Sequence record: MN018232.1
DNA length: 64,000 nucleotides
Direction: 5' to 3' (one strand)
The position numbers and the translations under genes are program-made. The notes under the pieces are model-generated. The model was not told the origin of the DNA and did not search any database. It saw only the letters and a program-made list of their open reading frames with translations. This document shows positions 29,651 to 43,415 of this stretch, one piece after another. Within the stretch, counting starts at the first letter, position 1. Every line of letters starts with the position of its first letter.

Positions 29651-30982
29651 TTAAAGTTCTGCACTGAGAAACCAATATGCACCATCACCAACACCACCCA
29701 CAGTATATATTCTATCATCAGTTACCGTAAAACCATTAGCAATTAACAGTACATGACTTGTATAAGGTGACCACTCATTAGCAGAATTTAAAGTAAGAGT
29801 TCCTGTTCCACCATTATCTACTCTTGCGCCACCACTATATGCATAAATTGTGCCGACTGTACTACCAGTCATTACTGGTTCACTTCTCATAGGAACTGCA
29901 AGTGGCACTGTAAACACAATACTTGTTGTTGATGCGCTTCTCCCTGCAAAAACACCAATAACGTCTGGATTAGTGCCGTCATTATCCAAAATAATTTGAT
30001 AATACCTTTGACATCTAGCAAGTTCATCACCATAAGAACGATGTTCAAAAGGTGTGGCTCTTTCGCCGACTTCTAATTGAACACCTGTAATGTTCCAGTT
30101 TGCTCCAGCATCGTCATGTAAATTGACTGATTGACCAGCGGCTCTATTTACGTTTGACTCAGCAGCCCAATTCGCAGGAAGTGTTCCAGTGGTAAAGTTT
30201 GTACCCGCCTGTAACCACCACTTGATTCTGAAGCCTTCACTATTACTGTCTGTAATTGAATTCGTAGTGTCGCCAGGGAATGTAATGGTCTTATATTCCC
30301 AAGTATCGGCAGTGTCAATCGTATAAGTCTTTGCGATATGTCTGCTTTCATTCGGTCTGGATATTTCTAAAACATACGTCCCAGTTCTGTTGCCTTTTAC
30401 ATAAAAAGACATTGTTAAAGTTTTTGCACTGGCTGCACCATAACCTAGGCTTTGTAGGTTAAGACCTTCTATCCTTTGGTTGAGGTATACGTTTGAAGCA
30501 GTAGCAATACTAGAATCGACGCTATCTACATTCCATTTGAAAAAAGTAGGAAACCCGCTTGGTCCGCCTGATGTTTCTTGAGTGAATGTGGCTTGAGAAG
30601 CATTATCTAGCTGCACTCGCCACCGATCACAAATAGGATAGTTCGAGTATTGGCTTTGAGTTTCAGTGGTGCCTCGTTGTGCCACTCTCATCGCACCGTT
30701 GTCGATCAAGTTACGATTACTTAATGGACCAGCAGAAGGATAACCTAAGTCATTAATACTACTAATATATGCCGTTGTTACACCGATCGTAGCACCAACA
30801 CCTGCAATATGAACATTACCTCCTGTAACTTCAATACCATTACGTGCAGTGATGACACCAATTGAATCTACATTGGTAACATCTTCATATGTGACTGTAC
30901 CACCTACAGATACACTCTGGTCAAAGGAATAACTTGTAGTTGCGCCAGTAATTGCACCGTCGCCTGAAATTGAAATTGGCAT
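29651..30982 (-). CDS. Tail-fibre/virion accessory protein (GPLSNRNL...GVQLE..ATPFEHR family)
   Basis: YPSAGPLSNRNLIDNGAM and GVQLEVGERATPFEHRSYGDELARCQRYY. Confidence 0.75.
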   Translation of the reverse strand: MPISISGDGAITGATTSYSFDQSVSVGGTVTYEDVTNVDSIGVITARNGIEVTGGNVHIAGVGATIGVTTAYISSINDLGYPSAGPLSNRNLIDNGAMRVAQRGTTETQSQYSNYPICDRWRVQLDNASQATFTQETSGGPSGFPTFFKWNVDSVDSSIATASNVYLNQRIEGLNLQSLGYGAASAKTLTMSFYVKGNRTGTYVLEISRPNESRHIAKTYTIDTADTWEYKTITFPGDTTNSITDSNSEGFRIKWWLQAGTNFTTGTLPANWAAESNVNRAAGQSVNLHDDAGANWNITGVQLEVGERATPFEHRSYGDELARCQRYYQIILDNDGTNPDVIGVFAGRSASTTSIVFTVPLAVPMRSEPVMTGSTVGTIYAYSGGARVDNGGTGTLTLNSANEWSPYTSHVLLIANGFTVTDDRIYTVGGVGDGAYWFLSAEL

Positions 30983-30993
30983 TTACTTACTCC

Positions 30994-31623
30994 TTACAGA
31001 ATGACCCATCTTTCAGAACCAGGGATAGTCACTGTAACCCCAGCTGATACTGAAACAGGACCAACACTGACCGCACTGTATCCTGATGTTAATTGATAAT
31101 TGGTTGTCACAACTCTCTGGTTCTCTTGGAAGACTTTATCAGGTCCACCACCTCTTGCACCACCAGAGATTGCAATATCAATAGAACCATCACCCTTCAA
31201 TGTGACTGTATTACCAGCACCAGTGAAGTTCAGTGTGGATGTAATACCAATGGTTGTACCACCTGATTGAATACCAACTTCACCAATACCATCAACACTT
31301 GCATAAAGTGTTCCAGTGACTACCAGGTCACCACTGATAGTCTGTGATGATGCTGAACCTACAATGGCATCAGGAACAGCAAAGGTATCAAGAACCTCAA
31401 TCGAGATTTCATCACCTGCTTGACAAGCATCATTCAGTGTGACAGTAGAACCATCAGCTGCTGTGTAGTCAGTGGAATTCGTCAGACGAACACCATTTCT
31501 AAACAGAGACAGTTTGCCGAGGGTATAACCATCAGTGACTGTAAATAAAGTCTGTCCTGCAGTTGCGGAAAACCTTAATACTCTATAATTATTTTGACTG
31601 GATATAGGATTTCCAATGGCCAT
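30994..31623 (-). CDS. Virion fibre/baseplate-associated protein
   Basis: FSATAGQTLFTV...LFRNGVRL...DYTAADG; GGARGGGPDKVFQEN...V.IP.G..WVI. Confidence 0.7.
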   Translation of the reverse strand: MAIGNPISSQNNYRVLRFSATAGQTLFTVTDGYTLGKLSLFRNGVRLTNSTDYTAADGSTVTLNDACQAGDEISIEVLDTFAVPDAIVGSASSQTISGDLVVTGTLYASVDGIGEVGIQSGGTTIGITSTLNFTGAGNTVTLKGDGSIDIAISGGARGGGPDKVFQENQRVVTTNYQLTSGYSAVSVGPVSVSAGVTVTIPGSERWVIL

Positions 31624-31632
31624 TGTAAAACC

Positions 31633-31646
31633 TTTTTAGTTATTTA
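31633..31646 (-). promoter_or_regulatory. Extended late promoter TAAATAACTAAAAA (also 29601-29614 -, 32124-32137 -, 46360-46372 +, 48894-48907 +)
   Basis: The same 13-14-mer precedes five structural genes. Confidence 0.75.
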
Positions 31647-32114
31647 TTATTCACCAACAAGAGCTTCATCAGCTCTTCTTTGCCATGGAGTAACAGGATT
31701 ATCTTTCTGATACTTCAATGGGTTCAATACTTTATCCTTTGCTTCTAAAACAATTGCCTCATTGGCATCCATATGTTTTTGTTTTTGAACTGGATCAGCA
31801 TCCAATGCCCATTGTACTACAGTATCCTCCTCAAGGTCATCATATGTTTGGAATGATGAGATATTATCAGTATCAAGATTTACAAAAATTTGTGATGTTT
31901 TTTCTGCTACCTTAGTTTCAGTAACTGTTGTTTCTACACCTTCACTTCCAGGATTTTCATACACCACTTTGGTATATGTGTGGTCATAAGAAATTGATGA
32001 ATGAATTCGAACAGTAACTTGTTCAATCACATCATAATTAGAATCAACCTGCCCTACAGTCTGTAGAGAAGGAATTGTGAAGTTGTGAGTAACTGAATTA
32101 GATGTGACAATCAT
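31647..32114 (-). CDS. Tail-associated hypothetical protein
   Basis: 155-aa ORF in the fibre cluster with its own late promoter. Confidence 0.6.
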   Translation of the reverse strand: MIVTSNSVTHNFTIPSLQTVGQVDSNYDVIEQVTVRIHSSISYDHTYTKVVYENPGSEGVETTVTETKVAEKTSQIFVNLDTDNISSFQTYDDLEEDTVVQWALDADPVQKQKHMDANEAIVLEAKDKVLNPLKYQKDNPVTPWQRRADEALVGE

Positions 32115-32138
32115 TTTCGACAGTTTTTAGTTATTTAG

Positions 32139-34890
32139 TTACTTGGCATTAGCAGTTGTAAATGGACTTTCCATCCAACAGGCAAAGATGTAAGTTCCAC
32201 CAGAGGCATTAAGTGCTCCGGCATTACTTCTCCATTTGAAACCATTGGAAAGAAAATCCAAATACAATCCAGCACCACCATCAACTTCAATATTTGAAGA
32301 ATTTGGTTGTAAGAAGTTACTTACAGAATTTGATGAATTTCTTGAACTGTCAAAAATAAACCATTCACCAGTTGTATCAGTTCTTTTAATCATTACAAAT
32401 GCTGGCTTTCCTCCCGTGTATATAAATGGTCCATCAGCACTTCCATTACCTTCATAACTTCCAAATTTACTGAAACCTTCTATTTCTGCCCAACTATAAG
32501 TTACAAAATCATAAGCACCTGTTAAATCGCCAGCAAGGTTAATAACGCTACTTGTTGGTAAAGCACTATATGCTGGTTGACTTTGTTGTGCTCCTGTATT
32601 AAAAAATAAAGTATAGTCGTATGCGGTTAATGATTTATGCCATATTCTCCAATGAGTAGCAAGATTTCTATGTTTTGTTATCACAAATGATGGAGTTTTT
32701 CCGAGTCCGTGTCCTATACTTCCTGTGCTTCCAGTCGCCGTATATGTAGCAATACTAAACCCAGCATCCTGGTTCGCAGAAACCTGAGAGGTGATTGTTC
32801 CATCTGTGTTTGATACTGCGGCACCACCTGCTTTCCAACACCAGGCGACATAAGTTCTTCCGCTTCCATTGACTCCAGTAGATGAATAACCAGTTCCCAG
32901 AGAAAAACCATCATCATCAAAACTGGTTAAATTATTTGTATCAGTTTCTTCAGCATCTGTGCGATTTGAAAACAAACCAAGTGCAGGACCTCTTACACTA
33001 TCATATAAAGCATTACTCGATACTTCACTTCTTGCTTTCAACCAAACTAAATCTGGTTTGAATCCGATACCTTGTATGCTTCTTGGAGTCTGACTTCCAG
33101 TATAAAGCACAGTCTTAGAGTAATCACCAGGATCAGCAACAGCAGGAGCAGGTAAGTTGTCCTCACATAATGCTAAGAAACCACTTGGAGGTTGATATCT
33201 AAATTCACCTTTTCCATTGGAATCAGCATTTCTTTGTGTTGATGCTGCTGAAACTTGACCAGAGAATGTTGGGTTTTGACCAAAGTTTGCACTACCAGCA
33301 GGTCCACCACTCCCATATCCTTCAACAAGAGGAACTAAAACACTATCAGTCAAACCATTAAAAATATTTGATGCCATTGGATTTGTTCCAGCAACTGGGT
33401 CACCAGAATTTTGCCATACTCCATTTTTACTTGCAAATATTCTTCCATTATCTGCATCTAATGCAATACCAACGATATCACCAGTAGTCCAACTATCACC
33501 ATAAGCAGTATTTACTGGATAATAATTTCCATTAGTGTTTCTATAACTAAAATATCCAGTAGATGTAATTTCATATGATGTTGCTGCCCAACCAACAGCA
33601 CCACCTCTTGCACCACTTAGGTCGCTTGCATAGAATTCAAAATACCATTTATTTCCTAATGCAGAAGATATGCCAATAGTTCCCTGTGAAAACTCAGCTG
33701 CTCCGCCAGCAACAGTAAGATTTCCATCTGTTAATGTATCGGGAGATGGTATTAATGGATTCCAAGTCGCAAAGTTATTCGCAGTGGTATCAGAAACTGC
33801 TCTCCAAGTTGCAATACCCACTGGTGTATAAGGTTTGGGAACATCAAAACCACCCTTGTATTTTGCTACGCCTTTATAGACACGGAGGTCTTGTATGTAA
33901 CCATTAAAATCTTGATCTTCAGCAGCATTTAATATACCAATTCTTAAAGGGTCGTCAGTGTTTTGATAAATTGATCCTGCGTTTGTGTCAATACCAACAG
34001 CAACACCATTAACATATCCAGTCATTGTGTCATTATTTTTAACCATAGCAATGTGGTGCCATTGACCACCAGGAACAGAATCATTCGCAGTTGTAATATT
34101 AGAAGAACTGGATCCATCAGTAAACCATTCAAACCTTAAAGCAGAGTTTGTTCTAGTTTCAATTTGCCAAGATCTTCTAGCAACACTATTCTCAAATACT
34201 CCAACTAATGTTTCTGTCGTGCTGGTTACATTTCTATAAACCCAAAACTCAACAGTAAAATCACCATTAAAATAAAAGTCACTACTATTAGGAGTGGTGA
34301 AGTAATCATTAGTCCCATCAAAACTCAAAGCACTTCCATAATATGATGGAATCTCATAACCCACACCAGCATTTCCATTTGCCGTAAGAGTCTTATTAGT
34401 TCCACTACCTTTGATGTCCGCAGAGTAATCTAGTGGTGCATCATCAACTTGTCTTACCTTGACATTATCAATGGTTAAGGTTCCACTAGTGGAACTATTT
34501 CTCATTGAAATAGTAGTAGTGGTTGATGTTGCTGTAAATGTATATCTCTTAATTCCAGTGTCAGTTGTTGACGCAAATACATTTATTGCACCACCAACAT
34601 CAAGAACAAATCCACCAGTTGTTCTTGCAACTAAATCAAGTACCAGATGATATACTTTACCATTTACTGTGGTTAAATCTTGGCTAAATTTTGCAGTAGA
34701 TCCTGTTCCATCACCATTTCTATTATATACTAATTGACCATCACTATTGACCGAATAAGTTGCTGTTGAACCAGTAGTATACCAACCAGTAGGAGGGGTA
34801 GTTCCACTGGCACCAGTCCACTCATATCCATTACTAACTATATCTGCTCCTATTGCAGTACCAATACCAGGAACAGCAAGAACCAAGTTC
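32139..34890 (-). CDS. Tail fibre protein with LamG/ConA and SPRY-like domains, N-terminus cut at J5
   Basis: FDGTNDY...DFTVEFWV...WHHIA...GYIQDLRVY; GIALDADNGRIF; GFKPDLVWLKAR. Confidence 0.8.
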
Positions 34891-34898
34891 TGGAACAC
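34880..34898. other. Breakpoint J5 (contig join)
   Basis: Divergent genes both lack native starts. Confidence 0.75.
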
Positions 34899-37800
34899 TG
34901 AAAGGTGTTTTAAATGGAGTTTCTGTAACTTTATCAACTTTATCTACACAAGTTACATTAGCATCAACTGTTGGTATTGTTGCTGGGATGGAGGTATATA
35001 ATACAAACCAATTAGATCCTGGACAAGTTGATCCAATCACAACTGTTTTAAGTGTTGATAGTCCAACTCAAATAACATTGTCCACTGCTCCAATATCTGA
35101 TGGGGCAGGATCTCTTGATTTTATATCCACTGGATCATTAAGTGAGGTATCAGTTTCTTCACTTACTGGTTTGTATTCTGGTTTGGTGGTAACAGTTGCT
35201 TCTGGAACTGGCGTTTTGCCAGCAAATACTACAATTTTATCAATTGATTCTCAAACAAATACAATTGTCTTATCAGCAGATCCAACTACAGCAGGAGTCT
35301 GTACATTTTTATTCTCCCCTCCTTTTGGGTCTCCATCAAATTCGTTTTCTTACACAATTACAAATCTAGGTGCTGTAGAAAGCATAGAAATTGCAGAAGA
35401 GGGAATTGGATATTTTATAGATGATTTACTAACCGTAAATCCATCTGATTTAGTAAGTCCTATAGAAATACCAGTAAAAAATGTTACGGTAGCATCAGTA
35501 ACATTTACTACAACAGTTTCATCATCCGCTTTTTCTGTTGGAGATCAAATTGAATTATCTGATGGCAATTCACAAGTTCCTGGAGAAGTATATGATGTGA
35601 TTACTTCAGGTGCAAATATTGTTTCTTTGTTAATTACCCCTGATTTTCAGATTGGTGATGAAATACGAGTAATTGGATCTGGAAATAATTATACAATCGA
35701 TACTCTTTCCACAGGATTTAGATATTTTCTGAATACTGGTTCTGGATATGTTTTGACTCCAGATTTAACTTTTTATGTTGGAAATACATATAAATTTGAT
35801 TTAAGTGATGTATCAAATACTGATCATGTATTTTCACTAAGTGAGTTTAGAGATGGTAAATGGAGTCCCAGTCTTGTAGAGAATGTTTCTACAACTTTAG
35901 ATACATTAAGTTATGATATAACTGTTGCTTCTTCGTCTGGTATTCTTCCAGGGATGGCGGTATCGGTTTCTTCTGGAATTGGTGAGTTAAATCAATTAAC
36001 TCAAGTAGTATCTGTAAATGGAAATACAATTACTTTAGATACATACCCAATTACTTCAGGAAATGCTGTTCTTACTTTCCGTGGAGTTGAATATACAGAT
36101 AACGTAACAAGAGAAGAATCGGCTTTAATACTTAAAGTAACAGATACTACCCCACAATTATATTACTATTGCAATTCTCTTGATGGTCACGACAATGAGG
36201 GTGGAACTGATAATAATGAAGCTGTTATCACAATAGATCCAAACAATCCAAAGGTATTTGGATCTGGATTTGAATTAAGAGTTTTGTCCGTACAATCAAA
36301 CTCAACTGTTTCATTTGATATTGCAACAGGAACAGGAGATTTTGATTTGGTAGAAAGCGTTGGAGGGAACTTCAATACAATTACAGTAGAATCTTCTGTC
36401 AATACCACTAATTTAGAAGCAGGTTCCATTTCTACATCTTCTATTTCTGCTCAAGATTCCGTTGCTGGAATATCGGTTGCCTCAAAAATTAATGTATCTG
36501 GAAATGTAACTGTAGGGACTGGAGGATTTAGCATTGCAGCATCTACAGGAGATTTGAATTCTCCTGGATATGTATTTTCAAATCAATATTTCAATTCACA
36601 AAATAAATTAAAAATTGAAGGAAAAACTATCACTGCAACGGTAGCAGAAGATTTAGAAATTAGTCCATTCACTGGAAGAATTGCTAAAGTAACTGGTTCA
36701 ACTGCTCTTGTTATTCCTGTTGGAAACAATACAGATAGACCAGGACCAGGAGTAAGACAAAGTGGTGCAATCAGATTTAATACGGAAACAAACCAATATG
36801 AAGGATACAATGCATCTACTACAACTTGGTCCTCTCTTGGTGGTGTTCGTGATATTGATGGAAACACTTATATCTTAGCAGAATTAAATCCTGGCGACAA
36901 TGATAATACATTGTGGTTCTATAATGATTCCGTCAATACATTAAAACTGACTCCAAATTTCTTAGACTTTAGATCAGTAAAGAAAATATCTTCTGGTAGA
37001 TTGGGTCTACCAACATTCCAAGAGTGGACAGCAAATACTTCAGTAAGTGTTGGACAATTTATAAAATTTAGAAACAATCTTTACGAAGTTACTGGTGCTG
37101 GTAGCACTGCTACTGTTGGTAGTGAACCTACACATACCAGTGGTGTTCAAAATAATGGCACAGCACAATTCACATGGTATTCACCAGCAGTATCACCATT
37201 ATCATTTACAGAAATTGAAGAGTTAAGAGTAGCACCAGATAAAGATGCTCCACTGATTGTCAATCAATCATTGAAATTGGGAGGAAAAACAGCCGAGGAG
37301 TGGAATACTATTTCTACTTTGGTAGAAGATTTGACACTAGAACCAAATGATGGCAAAAAAGTTGTAATTAAAGCAAACACTCACTTAGCAATTCCTGCTG
37401 GTAATAACAACCAAAAGAATACTGCATCTGCTATTCCTGGATCTATTAGATTTAATACCGAGATTCAACAGTTTGAGGGATATAGTGGTACTAACTGGTC
37501 TTCTCTGGGTGGGGTTCGTGACGTTGATGGTAATACTTACATTATTCCAGAAACTGCACCAGCAGCAAATGAAAATATCTTATATTTCTATAATGACAAT
37601 TTGAACACAATGCAGTTATCAACAACTGCATTAGATCTCACTAACATTGATACTATTACAACATCTGGATTAAACAACCTATCTTTAGATACCCCACTGG
37701 TAACTCTAAATCTAAATGATACAACTATTGATAATAGAGATGTCACTAGAACCTTTATCAGTTCCAGTAAGCAATATCTTGATCTTGGACTTTCATCTGG

Positions 37801-38266
37801 ACTAAATGTTGATCCCGTTTTACGCCTTGATGATCAAGGTGATGTGTATTTAAATACAACGTTTGGAACAGGAACTTTCAATGGAGTAAAAGTTTTTGAT
37901 GGAGAATTGAAGGAATTTGAACTTGCAGATTATGCAATAAAAACTACTACATTTTCTCTAGGAAAAGGAGCAGCAGAAACTTCTGCTGTAGATCTATATT
38001 CTTCTATAACAAATAAAGGATGTAAAGTAACAGTTGTTTCAAAATCATCATCTGGCAAAAGATCAATTTCAGAATACTCTGTTATTGATGATGGAACAGA
38101 TATTTACCACAATGAATTTGGATCTCTAAATACATCACTTGATCAATACACAGCATCGTTTGATTATAATGCTACAAATGATGTCAGAATTACACTGACA
38201 CTCACAGATGATCACGTCAATGGCGATATCATTTCATTCACCGTACTAACACAGGTAATCAAGTAA
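34890..38266 (+). CDS. Large virion structural/fibre protein, C-terminal part
   Basis: Two GxIRFNTE.QFEGY...WSSLGGVRDxDGNTY repeats. Confidence 0.75.
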
Positions 38267-38267
38267 A

Positions 38268-38768
38268 ATGGCAACTAATCAAAAAGAATTTGATTCTTTA
38301 GGTGGATTCTCAGTTGATCAAGTTTCTGTAGTTGATCAACTCAGAAATGCCAAGGATCTAAACACACTAGAAGTAAAAAATCGTTTTTACAGTGACAGTA
38401 AAACTACAAAATATATCTTAAGAGGAGCAAATACAGCAACTCTTGCTCTCGATGATGTAGGAACTGCCATCCCAATTCAAGATTCTACAATCAATTTTAT
38501 AACAGGACATTTCTTAGCAGTAAATCCAGCTGGAGTTGTTTATACTGGGAAGATTGAGTCATCTGTTTTATGCAATTCATCTAGTGCTGTTGATATACAA
38601 TCAAGCATGTTGACTATTATTAAACATGATGTTCCCAGTGGAGAATCTTGGGAGATTGACACATTTTCTTCCGCCAATAGATTTAGTTATAACGTTGTTA
38701 GAACTGGCACTACACAGATAATCAAATGGGTTGTTTCTACTGAGGTAGTAAGTATTGCCTGGGCATAA
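38268..38768 (+). CDS. Conserved virion structural protein
   Basis: KEFDSLGGFSV...KHDVPSGESW; between two large structural genes. Confidence 0.65.
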   Translation: MATNQKEFDSLGGFSVDQVSVVDQLRNAKDLNTLEVKNRFYSDSKTTKYILRGANTATLALDDVGTAIPIQDSTINFITGHFLAVNPAGVVYTGKIESSVLCNSSSAVDIQSSMLTIIKHDVPSGESWEIDTFSSANRFSYNVVRTGTTQIIKWVVSTEVVSIAWA

Positions 38769-38817
38769 TGCTAAATATACAATAGGATAGATTTAAGGCA
38801 AGGAGCTAGGCAGCACC

Positions 38818-41138
38818 ATGAGTTTTCATATTAATTCCGACAAAGAGAAAATTAGAGGCGTAAACCCTAAACTCATCGGTGATAATGAAGCTACAATCAG
38901 AATCGGTACTGGAACTGACGAGCGAGAAGTATTCAGAGCTCAGTTAGATCCAAATAGTAATCTACCAAGAATCGGTATTAACAGAACTGGTCAAAGGGTT
39001 AACAATATTAATGTTACCGCTGGTGGTTCTGGATATACTTTAGCGCCAGTTGTTACTATTTCTGCTCCTGGTGGCGGTGGAACTCAAGCTCTTGCTTCTG
39101 CTTTTATCTTCAACGGATCTGTAACTTCAATTGCTGTTAATGAACCTGGAAGTGGTTATACAGTTCCTCCCACAGTAACAATTACTGGCGGTAACGGTGC
39201 AGGTGCTCAAGCAGAAGCAGTTCTGGATACTATCGATTTTGAACTTGATATCAATGGTGCTATCAGAACATCAACATCTATCATTTCTGATACTGCAAGA
39301 GTATTAAACCTAGATATTGAAAACTTTGTTACTCCAGATTTAGGACTTAGGGGTCCAAATCTTAAGACCTACATGAATGGTACTGGAACCATTTGGTCTT
39401 CCAATGTCATCCTTCAAAAAGATGATTACAGATACTTTGGTGCCAATGTATATCAAGCACTAAACTCTGGACAAACTGGAAATATCGGTCCTGTTCATAC
39501 TGATGGCACTGCGCTGAATGGCGAGGTTGTATTCAAGCACATTGGATTTAGAGTAACTGATCCAAATGCAAAAGGATTTTTAACAACTGGAGAATCAGGA
39601 CAATTTCCAAGATCTATTACACCATTGCTTGGTGATAGATCCGATAAAATTGCTACTACAGAATACGTCCTCAATCTAGCAACAAATGATGTTGGTGGTC
39701 GTATTTACGTTTCATCTCAAATTGGTTCTGATTTGAACGATGGTCGTTCTGCGGTAAACCCAGTTAGAACAATCAAGAAGGCAGCACAACTCGCTTGGGC
39801 TACTCCTGGGGTAAAAGAGACTCTGGTTGTTTCTGGTGGTGACTATGTAGAAGATAACCCAATTTCTCTACCTCCAGATTGTTCAGTTGTTGGTGATAAC
39901 CTCCGTCTAGTAATTATCAGACCAGGAAATCCAAACAAACATATTTTCAAGTTTGGTGATAAGAACTACGTTACTGGAGTTACATATAGAGACCAAGTTG
40001 ATTCAAACGGCGACTCTGTTGCAACTTGGGACTTTGCAATGGTCTTTGACGACAAGCAAAGAATTCAGGTAGATTATGATGCCAATGGAGATTTTGGTGT
40101 TAATTTCCCAATCGGTCATCAAATTTTTGGACCAAATAGATTTAGAGTTGCATTCCAAAATAACACTGGTTTATCTAACTTTGTTACTGGTGTAGAGGTA
40201 GTTGGTGTTAACACTGGTGCTAGAGCAGACGTTTTAGACGTAATATTCAACACCACTACAGGAGCTAGCGCGTACATCTCAGGTACTATTGATGTAGAAA
40301 TTTCATCTGGTTCTTTTGTTGAAGGTGAACAATATACGTATATTACTTCAGCATCAACAGGATCTGCAATTAGTTTAACTATTAGTCAAACTGCAGGAAC
40401 AAATGCTTTAAGATTTACTGATGATCCAACATCTACTATTCCCGTTGGATCATATGTGTATCTAGATGACACAACAGATGCTAACTTCACTGCAGGTTAT
40501 TATCAAGTAGGTTCTATTGATGATGCAAATGCTCCTACCTATTGGGATGTTCAATTTGTTCCTATTCTTAACGCACCCTCTTGGGATACCTCTGCAAGTG
40601 CATCAATCACTATCAATGATGCAACCCCAGTTATTAATACTATTGATACAACTTCACTGAGATCAATTAGAGCTGAAGGTGAGGTTGTATCGGTTGACAA
40701 AGATATTGTTTCTACTCTCCCAATTACAAGATTAGATTTCTCACTGCAAGGAGATCCAAGCATTGCTACCGAAGGTTTCCAATTTGAGCAGTTTGGAAAT
40801 GCTGAAGATCTTGGTGGTGTTGTATTCTATACAAATGATCTTGTTGGAAGAACAAATACTCACGAATTTAAAGAAGGTCAAGAGATTTTAATTGAAGGAT
40901 TACCAACAGCAAATCCAGACCTATCAGCACTAAATGGAAAACAGAGAATTTACAAAGTTTTAGAAGATGCAGATGGTCGTGCAAGAAGATTTGTAATTCC
41001 TAAAAAATTCCCAGCACTCGCAAATTCAGATTTTGATCCTGGTGAATTTGCTACAGTAAAATCATATACAACTTCTGTAACTCTTTCTCTACTAAACTCA
41101 CCAAATAAATTTCAGATTTCAACACCAGTTGAAAGAAA
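38818..41138 (+). CDS. Large virion structural protein, N-terminal part, cut at J6
   Basis: [12 protein letters not shown]...[18 protein letters not shown]...[13 protein letters not shown]; TAAATA at 38772. Confidence 0.75.
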
Positions 41139-41146
41139 TTCAATTA
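41130..41146. other. Breakpoint J6 (contig join)
   Basis: Convergent ORFs overlap by about 220 nt, each with an antisense-derived tail. Confidence 0.8.
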
Positions 41147-43244
41147 GACTGACACCTCTATTTGTTCCTGCAAGACCACCTCTATGTGTCTTGCTAAAGG
41201 CACCAGCAGTTCTTGCAAAATCAGCTTCTACTGGGTTGATCGCATCAGTCCCTGGCATAGGTGGAATGACACCACGTCCAGTTCCATATCCAGACTCCAG
41301 TGACGCATCCATGTGGATTTCAATGACTTCATAACCTTGTTTCTCTAGAGCCTTGAGTTTGTTTTGTTGTATTGTAAATGCTGCATCAGTATTAGGAGTT
41401 TCATCATGCATGTCTAACAATTTAACAGGAATATTAGAACCATACCTTGCCTTCAAGTTATCAACAGTTCTTCTTGCAAGATCTCTTACCAACTCCATTT
41501 CACCAGGAGCTCCTGCACCAGCAGCATGACCAGGAACAATAATGTAACCTTTAGAACCTGCACCACTTCCCATACCAAAGTCTCTAATTGGTGCCGAACC
41601 CTGTCTTCCCAAGACAACACCACCACCTTGGAAACCTTGGATTTTACCAAACTTAGGTTTGTTACTACCACCAGCCATTGCATTAGCAGCAAGAAGATTG
41701 TCGGCACCGAACATATCGACTGCCTTCTTACTCATCATAATTTCACCAGGTTGTGCAGCAATCAGCTGGGTGTCTTTACCCATACCTTTGATTGTCATAC
41801 CTGTCATCTTGTCGATGGCACCACCATCAAAGAGTGAAAGGTTCTTGATGTCTACTACTTGACCACCACCCTCTTGTTGTTGCATCCATTGAGGATAAGG
41901 TATCTGTGGTATATTTGGAATCGCAATATTAGGGATGTCAGGGAACTTAGGGACCTGTATAATAGGTACTATTTTTTGAATTTGTTTTAATGCAAATTCT
42001 AATTCATTAAACGCTGAGTTCAACGTATTAATATAGACATTAATAGGATATAAAACAGTATTATTGATGAAGTTAATAATGTTGTTCAGGAAATCAACTA
42101 TACTATTTCCAAAATCAATGATAGGTTTCAAATACTTACCAGGATTCTGAACGATATCCAAAATCAGATTAATTGCACCACCAAGTAAAATATTCTTAAA
42201 GAAATCTCCGATCATATCGAAGATACCCTTCGCTGGTTTTAATGCCTTTTCAATCTTCTCACCTTTCTTTTTATCTCTTGCCTCAAGTTTTGCTTCCTTC
42301 TCTCTGAACCCTTCAGTCTCTTCCTTTGCTGCAAGTTTTCTTGCAGTCTCCTTTTCAAGTTCTAACTTATCCTGATTGATCTTTAAAAGTTTCTGTAAGT
42401 TCTTATCAATATTAGTGAGAGACTTTGAGATAGGGACAAGTTTCTCTTGTACATCCTCTTGGAGGTCTGCCTTTACACTCTCAGGTACATTTGAAGCTGA
42501 CGACGTGGATGATGGAAGTAACTTATCTGTCTGAACTTTGGTTGGTCCAGTGGGTTTTGATTTACTTTTTCTATTAACAAAGTTCGAAGTCCTTACAGTC
42601 TTTTTCCTAGACTTTGGTTTAAATCTACCAGACTTAGACTTTACCTTTTTATATTCATCATCAATTAATTCACTTTCCTCAGTAGGAATTTTACTACCAG
42701 ACATCCTGGCAGCCATCATTCTCTCCTTTAAGAGAGTTTTATATGTATCGTAATCTAAGTCACTGACATCTTCTAATCCAAGGAGACTTAGAATTCTTGG
42801 GTCTACATCTTCACTCTTGGGTGGTGTAGTTTTCTTTTGAGTAACACTCTTTACTATTGCAGTAGTCTTACCTTTTTTGTCACCACCCTTTTCTTTTTTG
42901 AGAGTATCTACATCATCTCTGATTTCTTTCAGAAGGTCATCAAGACCATCTGGAATTTGTTGTTGTTTTTTATTTGACTTTTTTGCAGCCTTTACATTCT
43001 TTGTAGTTACATTTCCAATATTACCTTTCTCATCAAATTCACCTGCAAGTCCTCTTGCAATATCAGTGAAGTCATTCGATCTTCCTTGAATGAGTTCACT
43101 ATCAAGTTTAGATTGTTCTCTTTCGTTAAGTGAATTGTAGTATTTTGATAGTTGAGCAATATGAGCATCAGAAAGTTTATCGGCAAGTTTCTTGCCGAGT
43201 TTCACTTCGTAAGCCTTTCTTAGTCTAGCTGGGTCTCTAGCCAT
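41138..43244 (-). CDS. Baseplate hub/tail-length-type protein with Amidase_3-like domain, cut at J6
   Basis: Coiled coil, [19 protein letters not shown], then VPGHA..GE..EIHMD..LIE; follows gp26-gp51. Confidence 0.6.
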
Positions 43245-43404
43245 TCCTTGCCTTCATCTTTTGCTCTTCTTCCTCAAGATGTTCTTGGAGTAATGCAACA
43301 TAGATGTCTCGTTCCCAAGGCATCATATTTTCAAGCTCTGTTAATGAATATTTATGGTACTGCATCAAGGCAAAAGTTAATCTGAAGTAATTCTCCAGAT
43401 CCAT
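43237..43404 (-). CDS. gp51: Baseplate hub assembly protein gp51 (55 aa, not in ORF track)
   Basis: MDLENYFRLTFALMQYHKYSLTELENMMPWERDIYVALL. Confidence 0.8.
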   Translation of the reverse strand: MDLENYFRLTFALMQYHKYSLTELENMMPWERDIYVALLQEHLEEEEQKMKARNG

Positions 43405-43415
43405 GTGGACAAGGC

